A stretch of DNA of 64,000 nucleotides from NCBI GenBank assembly GCA_043228905.1, contig JBHGNT010000015.1, forward strand, positions 11,594,001 through 11,658,000. The letters are read 5' to 3'. Position numbers and translations under genes: made by a program. The first letter of the stretch is position 1, and every line of letters begins with the position of its first letter. The stretch comes from Azolla caroliniana. Taxonomy: Eukaryota; Plantae; Polypodiophyta. The notes below the pieces were generated by a model. It was given only the letters and a program-made list of their open reading frames with translations. It had not been told where the DNA came from and searched no databases. Shown in pieces: positions 26,121 through 38,419 of this stretch.

Positions 26121-27369
26121 TGGCCTCAACCATGGAAGTTCGTCAAGGAATTCATCAAGACATGTGATACTTGTGCTAGATCCAAAGTCTTCCACCATAG
26201 GCCATATGGGTTGCTCCAATCACTTCCCATTCCCAACCTTCCTTGGGCATCAATTTCCATGGATTTCATCACTGACTTGCATCTTGTCCACGTATATGAC
26301 ACAGTGCTCATCATGGTAGATCGGTTTACAAAGATGGCTCATTTTGCCCCTTGTGCAAAAACTATTTCAATAGAAGCAACAACCTATCTATTTTTAAAGA
26401 ATGTGGTACGACTTCATGGGGTTCCGGATGATGTCACCTCAGATCGTGGACCCCAATTTGTCTCTCAATTTTGGCAGTGGCTCCTTCAAACATTGGGCAC
26501 AACAGTGAATTTGTCTTCGTCCTATCATCCTCAAACCGATGGCCAAACGGAGTGGGTGAACCAAATTCTTGAGCAATACCTTCGATGCTCGCTGAGCTAC
26601 CAGCAAGATGATTGGGTTCACCTCCTACCCTTGGCAGAGTTCACATATAATAATACGCTACATGGTTCAACTGGGGTAACCCCATTTTTCGCGAACTACA
26701 GTTTCCATCATCGCTTCAGTATTTCCATCCCTAGCAACTCTGTCAACCGGTCAGCGGAAGGACTCCAAAGAATATGCGGAATAATGCTTAGCCACAACCG
26801 AGTCTTCAACTACTTCGTTGAGAATTACAATCACAAAAATGGGAATGTGGAGATAGATGCACGTATACACAAAACACTGAAAGAGAGTACACAAGAAAAT
26901 GATACACAGGATGTTTACATGGAAAACCCTAATACGGAAAAACCATGGAACTATCACTATGAAGAGAGGAAATACAAAATGCAAGCACAGAGGCAACGAC
27001 CTTGTCCTCGCGATCTTCTCCAAGCGGCGGTTACAACAGAGAGTGCTTGTAACTACTCTCACGCTCGCTCTCTCTCTCTCTGTACAACAGTTACACACAC
27101 ACAACTTTGTTTGCCCTAAGTCATATTTATACTAATATGACTTTCGGGCTATTTACAAATATAGCCACAATGGGCTAACAGAAACATGTTTACAAATACT
27201 AACAGTCATCTGGTGAGATATTCTCACCGGGCTTGCATCATCCGGTTCTCACTGGGTCTTCCGTTGCCGGGTACTCATCATCCGGTTCTCATCGAGTCTT
27301 CCGTTGCCGGGTACACATATCCCATCCGGAGGGACTAAAAATCCTAACAAACTCCCCCTTCACTCTGGC

Positions 27370-30300
27370 ATGGGATGCCTCGTCAATCCAATCCTCTTCC
27401 TACATGCATCTAGCTTGTCAGGTGTCAGCACTTTGGTCAGCATATCCGACCTATTCTCCTCCGTGTGGATCTTCATCAGCACGAACTCTTTAGCTTCAAC
27501 TCACTCCTGGATCCAGTGGTACCTGTGCTGGATGTGCTTTGTCCTGGAATGATAGGCAACGTTCTTTGCAAGGTGGAGGGCACTCTGATTGTCGTAGTAG
27601 AGCCGGTATTTCTCTTACCGGATCCCTAGTTCTCCGATGAAGTCCTTCATCCACAGTATTACCTTGCCAGCTTCCACAGCTGCCATGTACTCTGCTTCCA
27701 TGGTTGACAACGCAACCGTCTTGTGTAGCCTCGACTGCCACGAAATAGCTCCCCCTGCATATGTCATGACGTATCCGGATGTTGACCGTATGGTATCCGC
27801 ATCAGCCGACATGTCCGAATTCGTGAATCCGTCTAGTTGGGGTTTACCTGAGCCAAAACAGAGGCAGATACTCGAGGTGCCTTTCAAGTATCAGAGTATC
27901 CACTTCATCGTGTTCCAATGCTCTCTTTCGGGATTGCTCATGAACTGGCTCACCACTCTTACTCCATATCCCATATTTGGTCGGGTACATACCATCGTGT
28001 ACATCAAGCCCCTAACAGTAGAGGCATATGGTATCTTCATCATATCTGCCTTCTTTGCCTTTGTCCTTGGGCTCTGCTTTCCGGATAGCTTGCAGTTTGC
28101 CGGAAGTGTCAATCTGACCGGTTTTGCATCCGACATGTTAAACTGCTAAAGCACCTTTGTCACGTACTTTTCCTGTGACAGCCACAATTTCTTCTTTGAT
28201 CGGTCCTAGATGATATGCATCCCTAGTATCTATCTTGCCGGACCCAAGTCTTTCATTGAGAAGGTCTGGTTCATAGCCTTCTTCAGCATCCGTATCTCGA
28301 CTTGGTCTCATCCGACGATCAACATGTTGTCCATTGTTGTTAGGGTGGGGGGTGGCAACTAGAATGGCTTCACCCCCCTCCCGAGGGGGTTACGATAGAG
28401 AGAGAGAAGGAGAGAGTGAAAATAAGAAATGACACCAAATTAGAGGGCAAAAAACTATATCTCATTACATGCCCCATAAGGGGTTTATATAATACATAAT
28501 GTAACGGTAAATAATATGTCCGTTACAAAAAGAGACCGTTACATTCTTGTCACATGCACATAATTGTGCATGTGCTCACACATACTCATCCTCACACTCA
28601 TATACATTACACATACCGAACAACCCCTTTAACATGTTTTACCCTTATACCGCCCCGTACAACTCCTACGAGTAACATCCACGTATAGGAGGAGTATCAG
28701 GAAGTCTCCACCTTCGAACTTCTTCACAAATACGCAGTGATCGGCCAACATCTTGTGGTACCCTTGATCGGTCATGAAGGAGTCGAACTTACAGTAATAT
28801 TGCCGGGGAGCCTACTTCAAACCGTAGAGGCTCTTCTTCAACCGGTAAACCAGGTGCTCCTTCCCTTTCTTCACAATCCCCTCCGGTTGCTGCATGTAGA
28901 TCTCCTCTTCGAGGTCGCCATGGAGGAATGCCATCTTCATGTCTAACTGCTCTACCTCGAGGTCCATGCTTGCCGTTATGATCAACACCATCCGGATGGA
29001 AGTCATCTTTACTACCGGGGCAAATATCTCGTCGAAGTCCACGCCCTTCTTCTATTGGAACCCCTTCACCACGATCCTGGCTTTGTATCTCGGGGGGTTA
29101 CCGGTACTCCTGGTTTTAGCTTGTACACCCACTTGTTTCGAAGTGCCCGCTTTCCTTTTGGAAACTCCCGCAATTCATACGTATGATTCTCATGGAAGGA
29201 ATCCATCTCGTCCTGCATGGCACTTAACCACTTGCGGCTATGGGTGTCCTCCCTCAGTTCGTCGAAGCTCCCAGGCTCCCCCTCATCGGTTAGCAACACA
29301 TGCTCTGGATCTGGAAATCTCCGGGGGGGCCTTCTCTCTCTGAGAGGATATCTCCGACTTTGGTTTTCAGTAACTGGCTCCTGCATCTATTCTTCATCCG
29401 AATTTGATTCGGGATCTTGGCCGGTTCCGGTTCCAGCTTCCTCTTCATCTTCTTCTGCCGGTTCGGTATCCTCACCGTAACCGGCCGGTAGGTTCGAATC
29501 TCATCGAACCGATCCTTACTGGTCGACTCAGAGTTCATTATCTTCTTCTCCGACTCCTAGTCGGCAAGGGTCTTGTCCTCCATGAAGCTAATATCTCGAC
29601 TCCGGAACACCTTCTTATCGACAGGGTCCCACACTCGGTAACCGAACTCATCATCACTGTATCCCAGGAATATGCAAGGCCGAGACTTTGGATCCAGCTT
29701 TGCTCTCCGGTCCTTTGCCACATGCACGTAAGTGAGACACTCGAACACCTTCAGATGCAGATAAGACACTTCCTTACCGGTCCATACTCTCTGCGGCATG
29801 TCTCCATCCAAGGGTACTGAGGGTGATCTGTTTATCACGTACGTCGCTATTGTCAGCACCTCTGGAACCTCTCCATTATGGTCTGGTTCATCCTTTCGGC
29901 CAACCCATTGAATTCCAACGTCTTCGGCATGGTAAATTCGAGCCGGATTGCCTTCGAGCGGCAGTACTCCTCGAATTGCCCCCGATATTCTCCTCCATTA
30001 TCTGCTCAAACCACCTTCAGCTTCCGGCAGGTTTCTCTTTCCACTCTCGTGTGTAGCTCCTTGAAGACGGATAACACTTGATCCTTCGTCTTCAGTGGTG
30101 AGACCCACAACTTCCGGTTGTGATCATCTATGAACATCACGAAGTACTGCGATCCGGCATGTGACTTCGTGTCCACTTGACCCACATTGGTATGCCTCAG
30201 CTCTAGTGGTGCATTCCATCTCATCAGAAGGAGGTTCGGTTTTGCTTGCCGGCCAAGCAATCGGTGCACTTCTCAAGTTGCACGTCCTTCACCGGAATGA

Positions 30301-31664
30301 GGTTGTCTTCGGCAAGCCTCTTCATCCCCTTCTCACTCATTTGACACAGTCTTTTGTGCCACAGCTCACTGGCAGTGTCGAATGCTACATTCACTTCTTC
30401 CCGGCATATCCGGGCATTCATCAAGTACAGTGTGTGGACCTTTCGGGCTTGAGCCCCTATTAAGCTCCCATTGCAGAACTTCATGATGTCGTTCCGGATG
30501 CTACTTGTGTAGCCTTCATCATCTAGCCCACCGGCTGATATCAGGTTCAGTCGAACCTCCGGAACGTGCCGGACATCCTTCAGCAGCAGCTTGCATCCGG
30601 TTGATGTCATCAACAACACATCTCCTATGCTGATAATTCGGCATGTCTCTTCATTCCCCATCCGGACATAGCCGTGCTCACCGGTTGTGTAGGATAAGAA
30701 GCATTTCCAATCGGGGTAAGGTGGAACGACGCTCTAGAGTCGACAACCCACGTTGTCTCGTCGACGGCAAGGTTCAACTCACTCTCCTCGGTGATGAGCA
30801 TTAGTTCTTCTTCACTTGCCGCGATCACCATCGTTCCCTTCTGGTCCGGCCCTCTCCGATCTCTGCCATTCTGGTCCGGTGACCGCTTCGAGTGGGTGCT
30901 GTCGGTTTCCTTGTCTTTCCGGAAATGCTGACAGTTCTTTTAGAAGTGCCCCGGCTTCCCAAAGTAGAAGCAAGTGGGCCTTCCCCTTGACATTGACCGT
31001 GTCCCCGACTTTTCCCGGTTCTGGGACCCCGGTTCATTTGTCTTCCGCGTTTTGATTCGGTAAGGAGCACTTTGGAGTCGGAGCTCGTATCCTTGTCTTT
31101 CCGATGCACCTCCTCATCTACCAAGATTGACTTGAGTCTTGCTAGGGATAACTGTTTTCCTTCCAGCCCGGCATTGCCCAAAGTGACAACTAACATCTCC
31201 CAGCTATCTAGGACGGAACTGAGCAGGAGTAGAGCTAGTACCTCATCGGTGAGAGGTACTTCCAACGATGTTGCCTAGTGAATCAGCCCCTGGAAAGCAT
31301 TCATGTGCTCCGCCATACTGGAGTCGTGTTGGTACCGGAGCCTCACTAGCTTCCGAAATACCGAAACCTGATTAACAACATTTTTGTTCTAAAACATAAT
31401 GCCAATCTTCTCCCAGAGCTCATGAGCCTTGCTCTCTTCATTGAAGTTGTTGTACAGGCTCATGTCGATGAAGCACCGAATGTAAGCCATTGTCTTGATG
31501 TGCATCACCTCCCACACCGTGGCGTCGATCTTGTCCGGTCTCTTGTCCCCGAACTGAACCGGCAACTAGAGATCTTTGACCACGAACATGTCCCTCATCT
31601 TTGACTTCCACACTGAGTAGTTGGAGCCAGTGAGCTTGAACATGTTGCCGAACAATTCTTCCAT
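27370..31664 (-). pseudogene. gag-pol: Degenerate gag-pol of Copia H
   Basis: MEELFGNMFKLTGSNYSVWKSKM, WVVDSRASFH, FIDDH, DFDEIFAPVVKMTSI and STSGYVMTYAGGAISWQS are present, with multiple disablements. Confidence 0.9.
28335..28677 (-). mobile_element. 343-bp solo-LTR-like insertion in the RT YVDD motif of H
   Basis: TGTT...AACA termini with TSD TCCAT/TCCAC (28330-28334 / 28678-28682). TATA and a CT-rich tract lie on the minus strand. Confidence 0.8.
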
Positions 31665-33244
31665 TTTCTGTGTTATTCGCTCTGATACCAGTTTGTAAAG
31701 AATATGCAGAATAATGCTTGGCCACAACCGAGTCTTCAACTACTTCGTTGAGAATTACAATCACAGAAATGGGAATGTGGAGATAGATGCACGTATACAC
31801 AAAACATTGAAAGAGAGTACACATGAAAATGATACACAGGATGTTTACGGGGAAAACACTAATAGGGAAAAACCACGGGAGCCCACAGACTCCGAACTAT
31901 CACTATGAAGAGAGGAAATACAAAATGCAGGCATAGAGGCAACAACCTCGTCCTCACGATCTTCGACAAGCGGCGGTTACAATAGAGAGTGCTCGTAGCT
32001 ACTCTCACACTCTCTCTCTCTCTCTATACAACAGTTACACACACACAACTCTGTTTGCCCTAAGTCATATTTATACTAATATGATTTTCGGGCTATTTAA
32101 AAATATAGCCACAATGGGCTAACAGAAAGATATTTACATATATGTCCCTTCATCCGGTGAGAGGTTCTCATCGGGCCTGCGTCATCCGGTTCTCACCGGG
32201 TCTTCCGTTGCCAGGTACTCATATCCCATTCGGAGGGACCAAAAATCCTAACAAGGACATGCTCATATTTTAGCCGACATTCATCAAGACCTATCCCTCG
32301 AACTCATGCTTGCAAGGGACCGGTATAAAGTGCAAGTTGATCGACATCGTTCCACTACACCCGCCTTTGCAGTTGGTGATCAAGTTTGGCTCTTACGTCG
32401 CTATGTCGATACTACTGGACCTTGCGGAAAGTTGGATTACTAGAAGTTGGGGCCTTTCCGCATCATTGAGTGTGTCAATCCCGTCACTTTGCAGCTGGAA
32501 CTTCCTCCACATTTCTGGATTCATAATGTCTTCCATGCCTCTCTTCTCGAACCTTATCATCCATCCACTATTCCTAGAAGACACTCTCCACCTCCACCTC
32601 CAATTGAGCTTTCCACGGGTGAGGAGTATGAGGTGGACAAGATTCTGGACTCTCGTTGGCATCGATGACAACTTTAATATTTAGTCCTATGGAAAGGGTA
32701 TCCCATTTCAGAGGCAACTTGGGAACCAACCCAAAACATGGAGAATGCACTGGATGTTGTTCATGCATTTCATCACCAATATCCACAAAAACCGGGGAGG
32801 CATCTTCGGAGGCGGCCTTAGCAGGGGGATAATTTCATGGACATGACAACAGTCATGTCATAATTCAAACTCTTGACCTATTGTATTTAATCAATATGTT
32901 TTAACCAATACATCCAATACATAATCATATTACCTTACTATATTATTGTAGATTATCTATTCTACATGTAGGATTTTAGAAGCTTCCAGAAAGCTCCAAA
33001 AGCTAGAACATTCTAGAAGCTTGTGCATGAAAATGCGTCTTTGCATGGAGCTACATTTAGAGCCCATAAACATGTATAAATACAGGGGTTCACCTTGGCC
33101 TCAGTCAAGGTGAACAACACCAGTTACGGATTCATAATTCAGTTCTTGTTCTCTTGACTAGTTTCTCTCTCTCTTTCTTATTATCTTTTCTATGATCTCT
33201 CTCTCACTCTCTTAGTATTGAGCCTCATCTACCTGTCTGTGACA

Positions 33245-33638
33245 GTATGTTCCGACGAATCGGCAAACTGCCGATATCTTTACCAAACCCCTTGGCTTAG
33301 ACAATTTGCGGTAGTTCTCAGGAGCGCTTGGTTTGCCGCACCTCGACATGTCGACCTTGAGGGGGAGACGGAGTGGAAGAGAAGAAGAATAAGAAGTTCA
33401 GAAATCCAAATCGGATGAAGAAGTCGAGGAAGTGAGGTGTGAAGATGCTAGGAGAAGCTGGAAGCAATGGTCGACAAAGTCAAACACCATGGTCTAACCT
33501 CTAGTTGAGCTTGAGGGAGAGTGTTGAGTGGACAAGCTCAACATGATCCGAATCGGCTGAATAGGCCAGAGCCGGATCAGTGTCTGGAAGTGTGTGTAGC
33601 TGGTAGGCCGTTAGAGGCCGATGGTCCTAGCCTAGTAC
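33245..33638 (+). mobile_element. 3' end of Copia element I (RNase H end, tail, PPT, first part of 3' LTR)
   Basis: YVPTNRQTADIFTKPLG..STLRGR; PPT gagcttgagggagag. The LTR begins TGTTGAG at 33522 and is interrupted by J. Confidence 0.85.
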
Positions 33639-34205
33639 TGTTGGAAAACATGTCCCCCTGTATGGGAAGAGGAGATCTAGGTTGATGAGGGACTCGGCTG
33701 AGCCTGAAACCAAAATCACGTAAATCGAAGTCGTGAAGATAGTCAAGTTAGAAGATTATAATTGTAAATAGTCTAAAATGCCATTGTGGGCTATACTTGT
33801 AAATAGCCAGAAAGTTGTTTTTGTTTATAAGCAACTAGGGAAAATTTTAGTATGTAGTTAGTAGATCATTATTGTAGAGTGAAAACGAGGTAGTTTGCCT
33901 CTGTAAGTGTGAGTGAGAGAGAGAGTGAGAGTGTAACTCTACAGCCGTCTGTCAGACGAAGGAGAACTCGAGGTAGTTGCCTCCGAGTGCCGTATTTGTA
34001 CTTCCTCTCTACTAGAGTGATATGTTTTTCTCGGGGTTTGTGGACACCCGTGGTTTTTCCTATTTCAGGTTTTCCACATAAAATATCGGTGTCTCTGTGT
34101 CTGCTCGTATTTCTTGTCTGTGTACTAGTTCTTGATATCTGCACATGAATACGAACATAAAACTGGTTGTGGCCGGTCGATTCCTAACAAAGTGGTATCA
34201 GAGCG

Positions 34206-36533
34206 ATGGAAGACTCGTTCGGGGGCATGTTTAAGCTAACCGGCTCCAACAACTCAGTGTGGAAGTCAAAGATGAGAGACATGTTCGTGTGCAAAGACCT
34301 CTGGCTGTTGGTGCAGTTCGGAGATAAAAGACCAGACAAGATCAATGCAGTGACATGGGAAGTGTTGCATTTGAAGGCGGCTGCATGCATAAGGTGTTTT
34401 ATAGACATGAGTCTATACAACAACTTCGGCGAAGAAACAGAGCTGACGTCCTATGGAAGAAAATCGGCATCATGTTCGAAAACAAGAACTCCGTGAACCG
34501 AGTCTTAGTATTTGGAAAAATCGTGAGGCTCCGGTATTAGGATGGCTCCAGTATGGCGGAGCACATCAATGCCTTCCAAGGATTGATGAACCAAACCACC
34601 TCCCTAGTAGTACCTTTGGCCGACGAGGTATTACCATTACTACTACTGGGATCCCTTCTGGACAGCTGGGAGACACTCGTTGTCACGTTGGGCAACGCCG
34701 GGCCAGAAGGGAAGCTAAACTTGCTAAATGAAGAAAATCGCCAGAAGGACCGTTAGTCCAATACCGAACAGAAGGCTTTCGTCACGGAAGGTGACACGAT
34801 TCGGGGAAGAGGCTGAAATCGAAGTCCCTAGAACCGAGATAAGGCGGGGACCAGGTCGAAGTTGAGGGGGAGACCCAGGTGCTTCTATTGTGGGAAGCCG
34901 GGGCACTTCCAGAAAAACTGCAAACACTTTTGAAAGGAGAAAGGGGGAGCTGATGGTGTAGAGCCGAAGAAAATCCCAGACAAAAAGAACACCTCAACAA
35001 TCGTCATGAGGGAGAAGGAGCAAAACGAAGTGAATCTCGCCGACGAAGAATCAACATGGGTGGTCGCTTCGGGTGCGTCATTCCACCTAACCCCTGATTG
35101 AAAGTGCTTCTCATCCTACAGAGCCGGAGATCTCGAATCCGTAAAGATGGGAAATGAAGGAGCATGTCAAATTGTCGGCATTGGAGATGTATGTTTGGAA
35201 ACCTCAACCGGGTGTAGACTCATGTTGAGAGATGTACGACACGTACCGGAGGTTTGATTGAACCTAATATCAGTCGGTCAACTAGATGATGAAGGTGACA
35301 CGGTCAACATCCCAAAACGATTGTCATGAAGTTCTGTTGAGGAAGTCTGATCGTGGCTTGAGCTCGGAAGAACACACTATACATAATGAATGCTCAAATA
35401 TGCGGAGGGGAAGTAAACATGGCAGCCGACACGATCGGTGAAATGTGGCACAAGAGGTTGTACCATATGAGTCAGAAGGGGATGTGAAAGCTTGCTGAGG
35501 ACAACCTCGTCCCTGAGGTGAAGAATGTGCAACTTGAGAAGTGCACGGATTTCTTGGCTGGTAAGAAGAATCGAACATCCTTCCAAATGAGGCCCCCAAT
35601 GATGAAGAAAATGTCGTTGGAACTCGTGCATACGGACGTATGCTATGTGGACACGAAGTGGCATGGTGGTTCACAGTATCTCGTGACCTTCATTGATGAC
35701 TATAGCCAGAAGATGTGGGCTTCCGTGCTGAAGACGAAGGATCAATTGTTATCATCTTCAAAGAGTTCCAAGCAAGGGTCGGGAGAATGAATCAGACCGT
35801 AATGGAAAGGGTCCGAAGTATGCTTGCACATTCTAAGTTACCGAAGACGTTCTCGGCTAAGGCGTTGATGACAACAGTGTACATGATAAACCAATCACCC
35901 TCAGTACCCTTGGACGATGATATTCCACAATGGGTGAGGAATGGCAGAGACGTATCGTACCAACATTTAAGGGTGTTCGACTGTCTTACTTATGTGCATG
36001 TGGCAAAGGACCAGGGGGGGAAACTGGCTCCGAAATCTCGGTCATGCATATTTCTCGGCTACAGTAATGATGAATTTGGCTATTGGCTATGGGACTTAGC
36101 CAAGAAGAAGTGATTAGGAGCTACGACATTGTCTTCATGGAGGAAAAGACAATAGTTGACTGGGATATTGACAATAAGTCTCCAACTACTGAATCGAACC
36201 GAGTCGATGCTCGGTTGAATCAAGTAGAAGCCGATTTGATCGAAATCGAATCCAAGCTAGTTGACTGAGTTAATACTTGATAAAATCCGGAACCGACTGA
36301 AGATCGAGGGGAAACGCCCGAAGAAGGAATCAAATTCGAATCGGCCGAAGAAGTCGAAGAAGAACCAACCGTGCCAAATGGAAACCGTAGACACCCCTTA
36401 AGAGAAAGGAGACCCCCCCCCCCCGCCCCCGAAGATTTCCAGATGAAGAGGGTGTACTGCTAACCGTTGAGGGGGAGCCGCAAAGCTTTGAAGAAGCTAA
36501 GGAAGATACCACAATCAAAAGTGGTTGAGTGCC
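34206..36533 (+). pseudogene. gag-pol: Copia J gag-PR-INT, broken at the start of RT
   Basis: MEDSFGGMFKLTGSN.., LELVHTDV, FIDDYS and EGEPQSFEEAKE, then an abrupt junction to a Gypsy RT. Confidence 0.85.
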
Positions 36534-36540
36534 GGCAGAA

Positions 36541-37602
36541 GTAATGATGTTTGGTCTAAAAACGGCATCGGCTACGTTCCAGCGTATCATTACCGAAATC
36601 TTTCATGACTACATCCTGGCGTTCATGCAAGTCTTTCTCGACGATTTCGTCGTGTATGGCCATCGACGGGAACACATGACCCAATTATGACTCTGCTTGG
36701 ACCGATGTCGCCAAGCTCGATTGAGCTTAAACCCGACGAAATGCGCGTTCTTAGTCACCAGCAGCAACCTTCTCGGCCACATTATCAGTCAAGAAGGCAT
36801 CGCTATGGACCCAGATAAAGTAAAGTCCATCCTAACCGCTTCCGCACCCTCAAACGCTAAGGCACTAAGCCGATTTTTGGGACAGATCCGGTGGCACAGC
36901 CGAATGATACGACACCTGGCCGATTTCGCGACACCTTTACACGCGGTAGTCCATCACCTTCCCTTCCAATGGACGTCAATCGAGGACACAGCCTATCAGA
37001 CCCTGAAACTAATGCTCTCACATGCCCCGGTGGTCCAGCCTCCGGTCTGGTCTGAACCATTTCATGTCTTCGTAGATGCTTCGGACATCTCCATCGGAAG
37101 TGCCCTAGTGCAATGCACACCCCCGAATTGGTATAGGCCCGTGTACTACGCCAGCCAACGGCTCTCGACCGCGGAAAAGAATTACTCCACCACCGAGCGG
37201 GAGGCCCTCGGTATGATTTATAGCATCAATAAATTCCGGCATTACCTCTTGGGCCGGAAGTTTACCTTTCACGTGGATCACTCGTCCCTTCTTTATTTGG
37301 TCAATAAACAAGCCCTCACCGGACGGTTGGCTCGGTGGATGCTCCTACTCCAAGAGTTTGATTTGCAGATTCAGCATCGACCTGGGGTACAACACGCCGT
37401 CGCCGACTACTTGAGCCGTCTTGAGTCAGGGGAACCGGCGAAAACAACGTACGACGAGCTACCGGATGCCAGCCTATTTAACCTGACCACGATACCAGAC
37501 GATAACGAAGATGAATGGATCACGGAGATGACCCATTTTCTCACTACCGGTTTACCTCCTGAGCACATACCCCTTGACACGAGAAAACGCCTAGTAGTGC
37601 GT
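36541..37602 (+). pseudogene. pol: Gypsy K pol, RT-RNase H part
   Basis: ORF 36697-37626 plus upstream RT motifs. It is cut by insertion of L at RLVVR|GWNF. Confidence 0.88.
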
Positions 37603-38398
37603 TGTCGTGAAGAAAACCGTCCATAAGCGGAATCGGCAGACCAAGGCGTGGGAACCGGTTCCTCACGCGCGCACGCTCCAAGTCGAACATAGAAGCGAGT
37701 TAGGAGGATATTCGGCAGGAACGGGCCCTAACACGAGTGGAGACAAAGACCGCGCGAACAGTCTTTTCGGTCGCGCGCGCGAGCTAAGGGACGGCACGAG
37801 TCGGCGGCGTAACTACGCGTATGCGTGAAGAACGGAGCGGATCCCTGTTCGAAAGGGACAGGGGATAAAGCTGACATGACGGCCTGCTCGTCGAGATATA
37901 TAAGGAACAGGAAAGAGCTGTAAAAAGGGGATCGCGCAGAGAGGAGGAAGTGCTGTCGGACTGTTTCTGGACGCTTCACTCTCTGTTTCCTTCCTTCTTG
38001 AGCTCCATAGCTTTCTGTGCAGAGTTCCGAGGAGGCTCGCGCTGTTTCGAGGAACGCCCGAGTGCTTCCGGCAGCACCTCCGACCTGCTACCCCCCCCTT
38101 TGTGCGTTGAAGCGAACAGGCATCGGCATCTGTTCGCCGGCCTGTTCGGTTGCGACCAACCTGTGCCCCATCGGGGGTTGTAGTCGTGCTAGCCATTTTT
38201 CTTAATATACATATTTAGTCATTCGCATCTGTCTGTGCCGGTGTCTGTTCGCGTTCTCCGTGCTGAAGGGCCGTGTCCCTGTGTATCCCCGGTCCTGCGT
38301 AGCCGGTTCTCCCTCTTTCTCCTCCCTCGCTTGCTCTTTGGTTCGAGGCCCCCGCGGTCCCGCCTCGTTTCCACACGCACTTGCGTAATACCTCGACA
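37603..38398 (+). repeat. 5' LTR of L
   Basis: TGTCG...CGACA termini; TATA (gatatataag, ~37894); repeated at 44120-44915. Confidence 0.97.
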
Positions 38399-38402
38399 TC
38401 TT

Positions 38403-38419
38403 TGGTGAACCCGACGTGA
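38403..38419 (+). promoter_or_regulatory. Primer-binding site of L, complementary to the 3' end of plant tRNA-Trp
   Basis: TGGTGAACCCGACGTGA. The identical 17-mer occurs in M at 51081-51097. The tRNA identity is from recalled plant tRNA-Trp sequence. Confidence 0.85.

Larger units (their letters stand above)
26764..32253 (-). mobile_element. Tnt1/Tork-like Copia element H inserted in the integrase of G
   Basis: TSD AGGAC (26759-26763 / 32254-32258). LTRs 26764-27349 and 31694-32253; PBS 31678-31690; PPT 27350-27363. Confidence 0.93.
26121..33244 (+). mobile_element. 3' part of chromoviral (Tcn1-like) Gypsy G, split by Copia H
   Basis: Integrase 26121-26763 (CDTC, MDFITD, SDRG, DGQTE) resumes at 32254 (LGPF; chromodomain EYEVDKILDSR..YLVLWKGYPISEATWEP). 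PPT gcagggggataa; LTR 32833-33244 ending TGACA. Confidence 0.88.

Noticed and set aside
26097-27119. 340-aa ORF that looks like an integrase with a novel C-terminus
   Set aside because: Chance read-through from the F LTR end through G integrase into the H LTR across insertion junctions.
36412-36430. Poly-C tract in J
   Set aside because: Homopolymer slippage or a sequencing artefact at a C-run that is also present, shorter, in H.
37607-38205. Small ORFs repeated in both LTRs (L, M, D, J)
   Set aside because: Their duplication simply reflects LTR identity; there is no coding signal.
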